Source: an uncultured Ignavibacteria bacterium
GTDB taxonomy: Bacteria > Zixibacteria > MSB-5A5 > WJJR01
NCBI GenBank assembly: GCA_964593585.1
Contig: CAZQIZ010000009.1
Span: 306-64,305, forward strand
Length of the DNA: 64,000 bases
Reading direction: 5' to 3'
The translations under genes and the position numbers were made by a program. The notes beneath the pieces are model-generated. The model was given only the letters and a program-made list of their open reading frames with translations, ran no database searches and was not told the origin of the DNA. Below are positions 54,803 through 63,171 of this stretch, piece after piece. How positions within the stretch are numbered: the stretch's first letter is position 1; each line of letters opens with the position of its first letter.

Positions 54803-56494
54803 ATGCTCCGCCGTCTGCACATCCGCAACTTCGCCATTCTCGAGGACCTCGAACTGTCCTTCACTCCCGGCCTGACCGTGTTCACCGGCGAAACCGGCGC
54901 GGGCAAGACCATCCTCGTCGAAGCGATCCGCTTCCTGCTGGGCGGAAAAACCGGCGTCGAGATGATCCGCACCGGCGCCGACCGCGCGGTGGTGGAGGGG
55001 GACTTCGACGGCACAGTCATCCGCCGCGAACTGAGCGCCGCCGGACGTTCGCGCTGTTTCCGCGACGAGGAACAACTCACTCTCGCCGAACTGGCGACGC
55101 TCGGCGAGTCACTGGCCGATCACTGCGGCCAGCACTCGCACCAGGTGTTGCTGGACCCGTCACGCCACCTCGAGTGGCTCGACCGCGCCGCATCCGCTCT
55201 CACAACCGTCGAGCGCGTCAAATCCACCTGGTCCGAACTGTCGGCCGTCGCGCAGAGCATCCGCGATCTCGAGGCCCGCATCGCCCGTCGCCGCGAGGAA
55301 GAGGAACTGCGCGCCTTCCAGATCGGCGAAATCCGCTCCGCCGCTCTGCAGCCCGATGAGGAAGAGCAATTGAAGGCCGAGGCCACCGTCCTCAAGCATG
55401 CGCGCCGTCTGGCCGAAACCGCCGAACTGGCGCTGCAACTGCTCACCGACGAGGAGTCTTCGGTTGAGGGGGCCATCGGACGCGCCCGCCGCGAGGCCGA
55501 AAACGCCGCCCACATCGACCCGCGCTGGCAGGAGATTGTCGCGCCGCTCACCGCCGCTGGCGATGCCGTGGTCGATGCCGTGCGCGCCCTCACCCACTAC
55601 CGCGACAGTCTCGCCTTCGATCCGATGCGCGCCGATCAGATCGAAGCGCGTCTGTCGGAAATCTACCGGCTGAAGAAGAAGTATGGCGACTCCGTCGCCG
55701 CCATTCTCGCCCGTCTGGCCGATCTCGAATCCGAGCAGTCCTCGTCGGCCGCGCTCGATGATCAACTGCGCGACGCCACGGCGCGCCGCCGTCAGCTCGA
55801 AGACACGCTGGTCGCCTTGTGCGCTGATTTATCGATCAAACGCCACACCGCCGCCGAATCGCTGGCCGCCGGCGCCAATGCGGTCATCCGGCGTCTCGGC
55901 ATGGCCAAAGCCGCGGTGCGCATCGACCTGACTCCGCACGCCGAGGGCGGATTGGTGATTGACGGCCACCGCCTTCATGACACCGGCGCCGAGTCCGCCC
56001 ACTTTCTCTTTGAGGCCAATCCCGCCGAGGGCTTCAAGCCCCTGCACAAGATTGCCTCCGGCGGCGAACTCTCCCGCCTGCTTTTGGCTTTCAAATCGGC
56101 GGTTCAGGACAACGGGACACAACGCGCCGCGACGAGACCCCGGCGCGGTTCACCGTCCGCTCCGATGGCCGCCCCGCTCTACATTTTCGATGAGATCGAC
56201 TCCGGCATCGGCGGGCAGACCGCCCACGCTGTCGCCCGCGAGATCAAAACGCTGGCCGCCGATGCGCAGGTCTTCCTGATCACCCACCTGCAGCAACTGG
56301 CCACCGTCGCCGACACCCACTTCCGCATCACCAAGAAGACCGCCGCCGGACGCGCCCGCGTGATTGTCGAGCCGCTTTCCGGCGATGCCCGCATTCAGGA
56401 ACTGGCGCGCATGATCGCCGGCGATGAAGTCACCGACCGCACCCTCGAACTGGCCGCCGAACTCGCCAGCGCCAAAACCCGCCGCAAGCGGTAG
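54803..56494 (+). CDS. recN: DNA repair protein RecN
   Basis: N-terminus MLRRLHIRNFAILEDLELSFTPGLTVFTGETGAGKTILVEAIRFLLGG, coiled-coil middle, C-terminal GGELSRLLLAFK and PLYIFDEIDSGIGG: the canonical RecN SMC-like architecture. Confidence 0.9.
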   Translation: MLRRLHIRNFAILEDLELSFTPGLTVFTGETGAGKTILVEAIRFLLGGKTGVEMIRTGADRAVVEGDFDGTVIRRELSAAGRSRCFRDEEQLTLAELATLGESLADHCGQHSHQVLLDPSRHLEWLDRAASALTTVERVKSTWSELSAVAQSIRDLEARIARRREEEELRAFQIGEIRSAALQPDEEEQLKAEATVLKHARRLAETAELALQLLTDEESSVEGAIGRARREAENAAHIDPRWQEIVAPLTAAGDAVVDAVRALTHYRDSLAFDPMRADQIEARLSEIYRLKKKYGDSVAAILARLADLESEQSSSAALDDQLRDATARRRQLEDTLVALCADLSIKRHTAAESLAAGANAVIRRLGMAKAAVRIDLTPHAEGGLVIDGHRLHDTGAESAHFLFEANPAEGFKPLHKIASGGELSRLLLAFKSAVQDNGTQRAATRPRRGSPSAPMAAPLYIFDEIDSGIGGQTAHAVAREIKTLAADAQVFLITHLQQLATVADTHFRITKKTAAGRARVIVEPLSGDARIQELARMIAGDEVTDRTLELAAELASAKTRRKR

Positions 56495-56637
56495 GCGAGC
56501 CCCGCATCGCCGGTGCTGCATCCAGTCAGAATTCGCAACTCAACCGCAGGGACTATTGCATCCGCTCCCGTCCACCGCACCACATGAAAAAGGGGCGTAT
56601 GCAATGCGCCCCAACGTCATCTGACTGGCAAGATCGG

Positions 56638-57549
56638 TCAGCGCTCGTCAAATCCCACCATCTGCCGCTTCTCCTCATCCCACAGCTTGAACCCTACACA
56701 GCGCAGACTGTCGCGCAGCGTCAGCCGCGTGACATTCCTCTGCAGGAATTCATTCTCCGCCAGCGCCTGGCGCAGACGGTAGTTCGGAATCCGGCTGCAG
56801 AGATGGTGCACATGGTGCACCCCGATGTTGCCGGTCAGCCAGTTGAGCGCCGGCGGCAATTCGTAGTAGGAACTGCCGCGCAGACTCGCCTCACGGTAAT
56901 TCCACTCCGGCTCCTCGCGCCAGTAGGTGTCCTCAAACTGGTGCTGGATGTAAAACAGCCACACCCCCAGCGTCCCGGCGATCAGAATTACCGGCAACTG
57001 CACCTTGAGCAGCGCCGTCCAGCCGATGACCGCCGCGGCCGCCACCGCCAGCCCGATGATCAACACATTGGTCAGCATCACGCTGCGCCACTCGCGCTTC
57101 CATGACCACGGCATGTCCAGCGGCAGACGATGCTTCAGCAGGAACTGGTAGGCGGGCCCGACGACAAACAAGGTCAGCGGATGACGGTACACCCGGTATC
57201 CCAACTGCCGCCACCGGCTCAGCTCACGGTATTCGGCGACCGTCAGCGTCGTCACATCGCCAAAATCGCGACGGTCGAGATTTCCCGAGGTGGCGTGATG
57301 GATGGCGTGTGTCCGACGCCAATAATCGTAGGGCGTGAAAGTGAGCACGCCGAGAATCGTGCCGAGGAAGTTGTTCCACGATTGCTTCGGGAAAAACGAT
57401 CCATGCCCGCAATCGTGCTGGAAGATGAACAACCGTACCAGGAGTGCGCCGGTCGGGACCGCCAGAAGCAGCGTGAGCCAGTACGAGTACTCCAGACTCC
57501 GGTACATCGCATACCAGAGCAGGGCAAACGGCCCGGCGGTGTTGATCAA
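56638..57549 (-). CDS. Membrane fatty-acid desaturase
   Basis: Three His boxes: HDCGHGSF, HAIHHATSGN, HHVHHLCSRIP. Multiple TM helices. Confidence 0.85.
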   Translation of the reverse strand: MINTAGPFALLWYAMYRSLEYSYWLTLLLAVPTGALLVRLFIFQHDCGHGSFFPKQSWNNFLGTILGVLTFTPYDYWRRTHAIHHATSGNLDRRDFGDVTTLTVAEYRELSRWRQLGYRVYRHPLTLFVVGPAYQFLLKHRLPLDMPWSWKREWRSVMLTNVLIIGLAVAAAAVIGWTALLKVQLPVILIAGTLGVWLFYIQHQFEDTYWREEPEWNYREASLRGSSYYELPPALNWLTGNIGVHHVHHLCSRIPNYRLRQALAENEFLQRNVTRLTLRDSLRCVGFKLWDEEKRQMVGFDER

Positions 57550-57681
57550 CTGCCATAGACTGCGCTTGACCTCGGGACGGATGTAGGGCGCAAGGGACGG
57601 AGGCGGAGCTTCAACGTCGGCGAAGGTGTCTACACGGGACAGCAGCGTGCTCCAGTCAGAGTGTGATCGTACAATCGGGGC

Positions 57682-59103
57682 CTAAGCGGCGCGCCGTGGT
57701 TTGCCCGGACCGCGCCGTCCGGCCGGTTTGCTCGTACGGCGTCCATAACCGCCGCCGGCCGGTTTTGGTTTCGACGGCGCCGCCGGTTTTGACACCGGGG
57801 CGGCGGGCACACGCCGTTTGTCCTTGGCTCGCGAGCGTTCCCTCTCGGCCGCCTTTCGCGTTTTGATCGCCGCAATCCGCTCGTGCAGCGGGATTTCCAG
57901 CTTCTCCGGCGCCTTGGCGTTGTAGTCGAACCCCGCCAGGGTCAGCCGCGGCAACCTCTGACCGACCGCCTTCTCGATCGCGCGCAGGTCGGATTCCTCC
58001 TCCGGCGCGACAAATGTGAATGCATCCCCGGTCATCGCAGCCCGCGCGGTACGTCCCACCCGGTGGATGTAGCTTTCCGGCATCTCCGGCACATCGAAGT
58101 TGACCACATGCGACAGCGCCTCGACATCGATTCCGCGCGCCGCGATGTCGGTGGCCACCAGCACCGGGAATTTCCCCTTCTTGAATCCCTCCAGCGCCTC
58201 GGTGCGCTGGTTCTGGCTGCGGTTGCCGTGAATGCGTTCGCAACGGACTCCGTGCTTCTGCAGGTATTCCGCCAGACGGTTGGCGCGGTGCTTGGTGCGG
58301 GTGAACACCAGCGCGCTCTTGATCGACCCCTGACGGATCAGTTCCAGTAGCAGGGGGGACTTCAAATCGCGGCGCACCGGATAGACCGCCTGCGCGATCC
58401 CGGTCGCCGGCTCCGACTTGCGGTCGATGTTGATCGCCACCGGATTCTTCAGCATCTCGCGCGACAACTCGACGATCGGCGGCGGCAGCGTCGCCGAGAA
58501 AAACAACGTCTGCTTGCGCGGCGGCAGATGCTCCAAGACCCGTCGGATGTCGGGGAGAAAGCCCATGTCCAGCATCCGGTCGGCCTCGTCGAGCACCAGA
58601 ATCTCCAGCCCGGCCAGCTTCGCATACGGATACTGAAAGTGATCCAGGAGACGTCCCGGCGTTGCCACGATCACATCGACGCCGACACGGAACGCGTGCT
58701 CCTGCGGACCCATGCCGACCCCGCCGAAGACCGCCGCGCTCGACAGCGGCGTGTGGGTCGCCAGAAGTTCCAGATGCTCGGCGATCTGCGCCGCCAGTTC
58801 ACGGGTCGGCGTGAGGACCAGCGCGCGCGTGGTGCGGCGACGCTTCCCCAGCAGTTGGTGCAGAATCGGCAGGACAAAGGCGGCCGTCTTCCCCGATCCG
58901 GTCATCGCGCAGGCCAGGACATCGCGTCCCTCCAGCGCCGGCGGGATCGCGTCGCGTTGAATCGGCGTCGCGGTACGAAACCCCAGATCGGCGAACCCGC
59001 GCAGCAAGTCGGGATGCAATCCAAACGAGGCGAAATCCCCGGATACGTCGATGGTCTTGGCGGCCGTGTCAGGGGCGGCCGCGGCCCCGGTCTTCGAAAT
59101 CAA
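57682..59103 (-). CDS. DEAD-box ATP-dependent RNA helicase (RhlE-like) with basic C-terminal tail
   Basis: Q-motif region. AMTGSGKTAAF (motif I), LVLTPTRELAAQI, VLDEADRMLDMGF (DEAD), SAT, HRVGRTARAG. Arg/Lys-rich C-terminus. Confidence 0.9.
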   Translation of the reverse strand: MISKTGAAAAPDTAAKTIDVSGDFASFGLHPDLLRGFADLGFRTATPIQRDAIPPALEGRDVLACAMTGSGKTAAFVLPILHQLLGKRRRTTRALVLTPTRELAAQIAEHLELLATHTPLSSAAVFGGVGMGPQEHAFRVGVDVIVATPGRLLDHFQYPYAKLAGLEILVLDEADRMLDMGFLPDIRRVLEHLPPRKQTLFFSATLPPPIVELSREMLKNPVAINIDRKSEPATGIAQAVYPVRRDLKSPLLLELIRQGSIKSALVFTRTKHRANRLAEYLQKHGVRCERIHGNRSQNQRTEALEGFKKGKFPVLVATDIAARGIDVEALSHVVNFDVPEMPESYIHRVGRTARAAMTGDAFTFVAPEEESDLRAIEKAVGQRLPRLTLAGFDYNAKAPEKLEIPLHERIAAIKTRKAAERERSRAKDKRRVPAAPVSKPAAPSKPKPAGGGYGRRTSKPAGRRGPGKPRRAA

Positions 59104-59297
59104 TAAGCCTCACAGTGCTGTCCCCTCCGGCCGCACACCATGTGCGCCGCGGACAGACTCATAAGTATACGGAAATCCTCTCCCGATTCCTTCCCTTATC
59201 TCGGCTCTCACACTGCGCGCCTGGCGCGATCCACCGCCCCCAATTCGGGGGTGCCGATCACGCCGCCGGGTAGGGTAGAGGCGATTGTCATCCGATC

Positions 59298-60080
59298 ATG
59301 AAATCACTCCTGTACGGCCAACTGGCCGTGGCCACCGGCAGCGTGTCGGCGGCCGCTGACACCCCGCGCGAACGTCTCGCCGCCCTGATCAATGAACGCG
59401 TTCAGCCGCCGGCGCCGCTTGCGCTCGATCTGTTGCACATCCGCGCCCTGCGCGTGGTCTCCGATGGCGTCAACGATCTCGGCGGCTGCTTCCCGCGCGA
59501 TGAGCATGCCCGTCTCTGCGAACTGCTGGTCGATTCGCCGGTCCTGATCGGCCATGACCATCGCCGTCTGCCGGTGGCGCGCAACTTCGCCGCCCGTTGT
59601 GTCGAGGATGGCGAGCGCGCCTGGGTCGAATCGTGGTTCTACTGGCGGCGCGGCGAGGGGCCGCTCCACGATCAACTTGCCTGCGACATCGACGCCGGCA
59701 TCGTCAAGGAGGGCTCGATCGGGTTTGTCTTCGAACACCCCCGCTGCGCCCTCTGCGGACAAGACATCCGCGCCTGCGAGCACATCCCCGGACGCGCCTA
59801 CGACGGCGCCGTTGCCTACTACGAGTACCGCGGCATCCAGCGGGTGCTGGAAACCTCGCTGGTCTACCGCGGCGCGACACCCGGCACACGGATCGTCCGT
59901 TATCCGCTCTTCTCCGACCGGGACGCGGCCATCAACTCCGACCTTCCCACCCTTCTCCGGGTGTCCCCCCCAACCTCCCGCGCTCTGTCCGCCTACCACT
60001 GTCCCGCCCGCCACACCCCATGGCCGCGTCCGCAACTCCGGCGCGGCCATGGGCCCCCGCCGCAACGGGAGGCACGATGA
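59298..60080 (+). CDS. HK97-family phage prohead protease-like protein (Peptidase S78/U35-like)
   Basis: VLIGHDHRRLPVARN (compare L-x-N-H-D...LG) and EGSIGFVFE (compare G-M-S-F-G-F) resemble the catalytic His and Ser regions of HK97 gp4-type proteases. Lies upstream of decoration-like and capsid-like genes. Confidence 0.5.
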   Translation: MKSLLYGQLAVATGSVSAAADTPRERLAALINERVQPPAPLALDLLHIRALRVVSDGVNDLGGCFPRDEHARLCELLVDSPVLIGHDHRRLPVARNFAARCVEDGERAWVESWFYWRRGEGPLHDQLACDIDAGIVKEGSIGFVFEHPRCALCGQDIRACEHIPGRAYDGAVAYYEYRGIQRVLETSLVYRGATPGTRIVRYPLFSDRDAAINSDLPTLLRVSPPTSRALSAYHCPARHTPWPRPQLRRGHGPPPQREAR

Positions 60081-60343
60081 ACAACAACTGGATCAAGCCG
60101 CTGACATCGATTGTGCTGATCGTCGCCGGCGTGCTGGCCGCCTACTACACCACCGTCTATGGCATCCGTCTGACCGTCAGCGAAAAAGCCGATCGCGCGA
60201 CCGTCGAGCAGATCGACCGCCGCCTGGTCACCATCGAAACACTCCTGCGCACCGACATCGCGCACCAGACCGACCTCCTCGAACTGCGCGCCGCCCTCGA
60301 CAACCGCCTGACCCGCATCGAAACTCTCCTCGAATCGCGGTAA
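60077..60343 (+). CDS. Small membrane-anchored coiled-coil protein (88 aa), hypothetical
   Basis: GGAGGCACG-ATG, overlapping the preceding stop (ATGA). TM helix LTSIVLIVAGVLAAYYTTVYGI followed by a heptad-like region EQIDRRLVTIETLLRTDIAHQTDLLELRAALDNRLTRIETLLESR. Confidence 0.45.
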   Translation: MNNNWIKPLTSIVLIVAGVLAAYYTTVYGIRLTVSEKADRATVEQIDRRLVTIETLLRTDIAHQTDLLELRAALDNRLTRIETLLESR

Positions 60344-60371
60344 CAGCGATGGCCAGCCTTTACCTCGCAAC

Positions 60372-60678
60372 GCCGAAGAGGCACGCCCCCACCCGTCATT
60401 GCGAGTCCCGCGCTCTTGGCGGGACGAAGCAATCTTTGTTCGCCCCACTACCCGGCCAAAAAAGATTGCCTCGTCGTCATCCGCCTTCGGCGGACTCCCC
60501 TTCGCAATCGCGGAGGAGCGCGGAACCCACGGCAACGATCAGACCAAAATCCGTCATTCCAAGCCGGCGCTCTTTGCCGGCTTGGAATCTTTGTTAAAGC
60601 GCCACCCACCATTCCGCGTCATCCGTCATTGTGAGTCCCGCGCTCTTGGCGGGACAAGGCAATCCTTGTTTCCCCCGA
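60372..60678. repeat. Largest CGTCATT-family palindromic repeat cluster (at least 4 units)
   Basis: cgtcattgcgagtcccgcgctcttggcgggacgaagcaatctttgt; cgtcatccgccttcggcggactccccttcgcaatcgcggaggag; cgtcattccaagccggcgctctttgccggcttggaatctttgt; cgtcattgtgagtcccgcgctcttggcgggacaaggcaatccttgt. All contain perfect GC stems. Confidence 0.6.
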
Positions 60679-60687
60679 AAGGACCAC

Positions 60688-60963
60688 ATGCCCGCCGACA
60701 CCAACTGGGAGATCATCCGCTCCCGTCTTTCCGAACGCATCCGTCGCCGCGTCATCGCCCTGCAACGCCTCCAGGGCAACCAGCCCGATCCGGAGGCCAT
60801 CGACCAGGAACTGAGTGAATGCGGCGATGACGCCGCCGCGCTGTGGGCGTTGGCCGAACGGGTCGACCGCGCGCTCGATGCCGCTGTCCGACCGCGCGCG
60901 GCACGGCTCCCCATCCCCGGCGCGCCGCCGGTCACCGCCAACCATGAATTCCGTACCCGCTGA
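60688..60963 (+). CDS. Hypothetical protein (91 aa)
   Basis: AAGGA RBS then ATG 60688 (MPADTNWEIIRSRLSERIRRRVIALQRLQGNQPDPEAIDQELSE...). No family recognisable. Sits inside the putative phage head module. Confidence 0.35.
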   Translation: MPADTNWEIIRSRLSERIRRRVIALQRLQGNQPDPEAIDQELSECGDDAAALWALAERVDRALDAAVRPRAARLPIPGAPPVTANHEFRTR

Positions 60964-60974
60964 GAGGAACCCCC

Positions 60975-61397
60975 ATGCCCATCCGCGATCACAACCTCGA
61001 TTCGATCGGCGAACTCTACGCCACTTTCAAAGTCAAGCAGACAGCCGGCGTCGATGACCTCAACGACTCCCACATCGGCCGTGCGGTCACACTCACCGGC
61101 TCCAACGAGGTCGGCCCCGGTGTCGACAACGCCGTACTGATCGGCAAACTCATCGACCTGACCCATGAAGACCGCGACACCGGACGCCGTCTCGCGACCG
61201 TGCAGATCGCCGGCGTCTGCCGTCTGCCCGTCGGCGCGCCGTTTCCGTCGGTCGGCGAGCGTGTCGTCTGCGCCGCCAACGCCACGGTCAAGCAGGCGCC
61301 AGGCCTCACGGGCAACGATCCCGCCGGCGGCAACACCGCCCGCGGCACCGTGCTGGCCGTCAACGGCACCACCGATTGCATCATCCTGCTGAATTGA
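60975..61397 (+). CDS. DUF2190-like putative capsid decoration (head fibre) protein
   Basis: GAGAGGA RBS. Pattern ...GRAVTLTGSNEVG...GKLIDLTHEDRDTGRRLATVQIAGVCRLPVGAPFPSVGERVVCAANATV...ARGTVLAVNGTTDCIILL resembles DUF2190 family proteins found between prohead protease and major capsid genes. Confidence 0.4.
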   Translation: MPIRDHNLDSIGELYATFKVKQTAGVDDLNDSHIGRAVTLTGSNEVGPGVDNAVLIGKLIDLTHEDRDTGRRLATVQIAGVCRLPVGAPFPSVGERVVCAANATVKQAPGLTGNDPAGGNTARGTVLAVNGTTDCIILLN

Positions 61398-61534
61398 CAC
61401 ATGGGTTCCCTTACCCGATTCGCTGACGGCGAATCGACCTTCCCCTTAGGTGGAGGTGAATCTCCAACGCCCAACTTGTTGCCCAAGCTCTGTGATAGGA
61501 CACGAATCTTCGTGTCAACAACCAAGAGGGTGTA

Positions 61535-61600
61535 TTTACCTCTCCCTCAGGGAGAGGTCGTCCCTGCCGTAGGCAGGGGCGGGTGAGGGGACCGGGCGCA
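61535..61600. repeat. Family-2 palindromic repeat (cctctccctcagggagagg + tcgtccctgccgtaggcaggggcgggtgagggg)
   Basis: Near-identical to 51796-51850 in the first hairpin. The second hairpin is a variant (ccctgcc/ggcaggg). Confidence 0.5.
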
Positions 61601-61686
61601 TGACCAGATTCCAGTCATCCCCGTGCATTCAATACGACAGCCAAGCGAGCGATCCCCACAACACCATCATCCCTCCAAGGACTCAC

Positions 61687-62790
61687 ATGGACCTCGATAA
61701 ACTCCTCTCCGATCCACCCGCCGACCTGCTGGCGCGCGCCTCCGTCGAACCCTCCGATGGCCGCGTCGACCTGCGGCGCGCCCGTCAACTGTCCATCACC
61801 CGCGACACTTACCTCGAAGCCGAGTCGCGCGGCCTGACCCTCTCCGAACTGCTCGAATCCCCCGACTTCGACCCCAGCCCCGTCGACAGCCCGTTGGATG
61901 CCTTCGAACGTCAACTGGCCGCGCGCGGGCTGCGCGTCGGCGGATCCAATCCGGTCACCGTCGAGCTGTTTTACCGCGGCGCGCCGGCGCTTTTGCCCGA
62001 ATTCATGATGCGCGAAATCCGCGCCGGCATGGCGATGCGTCCCGAACTGGCCGGCCTGGTCGGCGCCACCTCGCGCATCACCGCCAACCGCTACACCCCG
62101 TTCGATGTCGATGCCGCCATCACCGATCCGAAATGGTCGCTGCGTCCGACCGGCGATGGCGCCAATGTCCCGGCGGTGGTGGTCACCGAACGGGTCAACT
62201 CGATCGACATCCCGGACTATGGCCTGGCGCTGAAGGCCTCCTACAAGGCGCTGCGCCATCGCACCATGCCGCAATTCAAGGTGCTGCTCTGGTACATCGG
62301 CTACCGCATGCAGGTCGACAAACTCGGATTGCTGGTCGATGTGCTGCTCAACGGCGACGGCAACGACAACGCCGCCGATGTGATCAACACCGCCGTCTCC
62401 GGCGCCTTCACCTACGCCGACCTGGTCGCCTTCTGGTCGGAACTGCATCCGTTCGAGATGAACACGCTGGTCTGCGGCAAGGCGAAGCTGGCCGCCATCC
62501 TCACCATGGATGAATTCAAGGACGCCAACGCCGGGTTCCGTTTTCAGAGCACCGGCGAACTGGTCAGCCCGATCGGCGCCTCGCTGGTGCGCTCGGATGA
62601 AGTCCCCGCCGATCTGGTCATCGGCATGGATCGACGCTTCGCCGCCGAGGAGGTCATCACCCAGCCGCTCACCGTCGAATACGACAAGATCATCGAGCAG
62701 CGCTTCGAGGAGGCCGTGATCTCCGAATCCGTCGCCTACGCCAAGGTCATTCCCGACGCTGCCAAAGCCCTCGACACCGTCTGGCCGTAG
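61687..62790 (+). CDS. Putative HK97-fold phage major capsid protein (~367 aa)
   Basis: AAGGA RBS then ATG 61687. Size, helix-rich N-terminal ~100 aa (delta-domain-like) and position after protease and decoration genes fit a major capsid protein. No diagnostic motif could be verified by eye. Confidence 0.4.
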   Translation: MDLDKLLSDPPADLLARASVEPSDGRVDLRRARQLSITRDTYLEAESRGLTLSELLESPDFDPSPVDSPLDAFERQLAARGLRVGGSNPVTVELFYRGAPALLPEFMMREIRAGMAMRPELAGLVGATSRITANRYTPFDVDAAITDPKWSLRPTGDGANVPAVVVTERVNSIDIPDYGLALKASYKALRHRTMPQFKVLLWYIGYRMQVDKLGLLVDVLLNGDGNDNAADVINTAVSGAFTYADLVAFWSELHPFEMNTLVCGKAKLAAILTMDEFKDANAGFRFQSTGELVSPIGASLVRSDEVPADLVIGMDRRFAAEEVITQPLTVEYDKIIEQRFEEAVISESVAYAKVIPDAAKALDTVWP

Positions 62791-62885
62791 CGACCCCTCA
62801 CCCGCCTCACGCCTGTCGGCGTGAGGCGGCCTCTCCCTGAGGGAGAGGCGAACTTCTTTTCCGTCCATGTTGAACTAGCCCTGTA

Positions 62886-63044
62886 GGGCGGGCTCTGCCC
62901 GCCGGCTTTTCATCTCACGCCCCCTGCCGCATGCGGCTCGCCACCTTCGGGGATCGCCCTCCCACGAAGACTTGATCCTCCCACGTGGGGCGGGCTCTGC
63001 CCGCCGGCTTTTCATCTCACGCCCCCTGCCGCGCGCGGCTCGCA
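62886..63044. repeat. Two copies of a 57-bp direct repeat (gggcgggctctgcccgccggcttttcatctcacgccccctgccgc..gcggctcgc) with ~102-bp periodicity
   Basis: Copies at 62886-62942 and 62988-63044 differ at 2 positions. Each contains the hairpin ggcggg-ctct-gcccgcc. Further small palindromes (ccccctctgggggagg; ctctgcgaagcagag) follow. Confidence 0.5.
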
Positions 63045-63171
63045 GGGTGGCTCGCCCTTCCGAAGAGCATCCGGTTCTTCTGAATGGGAAGTTCACCTCC
63101 CCCTCTGGGGGAGGCCGCTCTGCGAAGCAGAGCGGGTGAGGGCACCCGCGCCCTCCGCTATCCGATCACTC

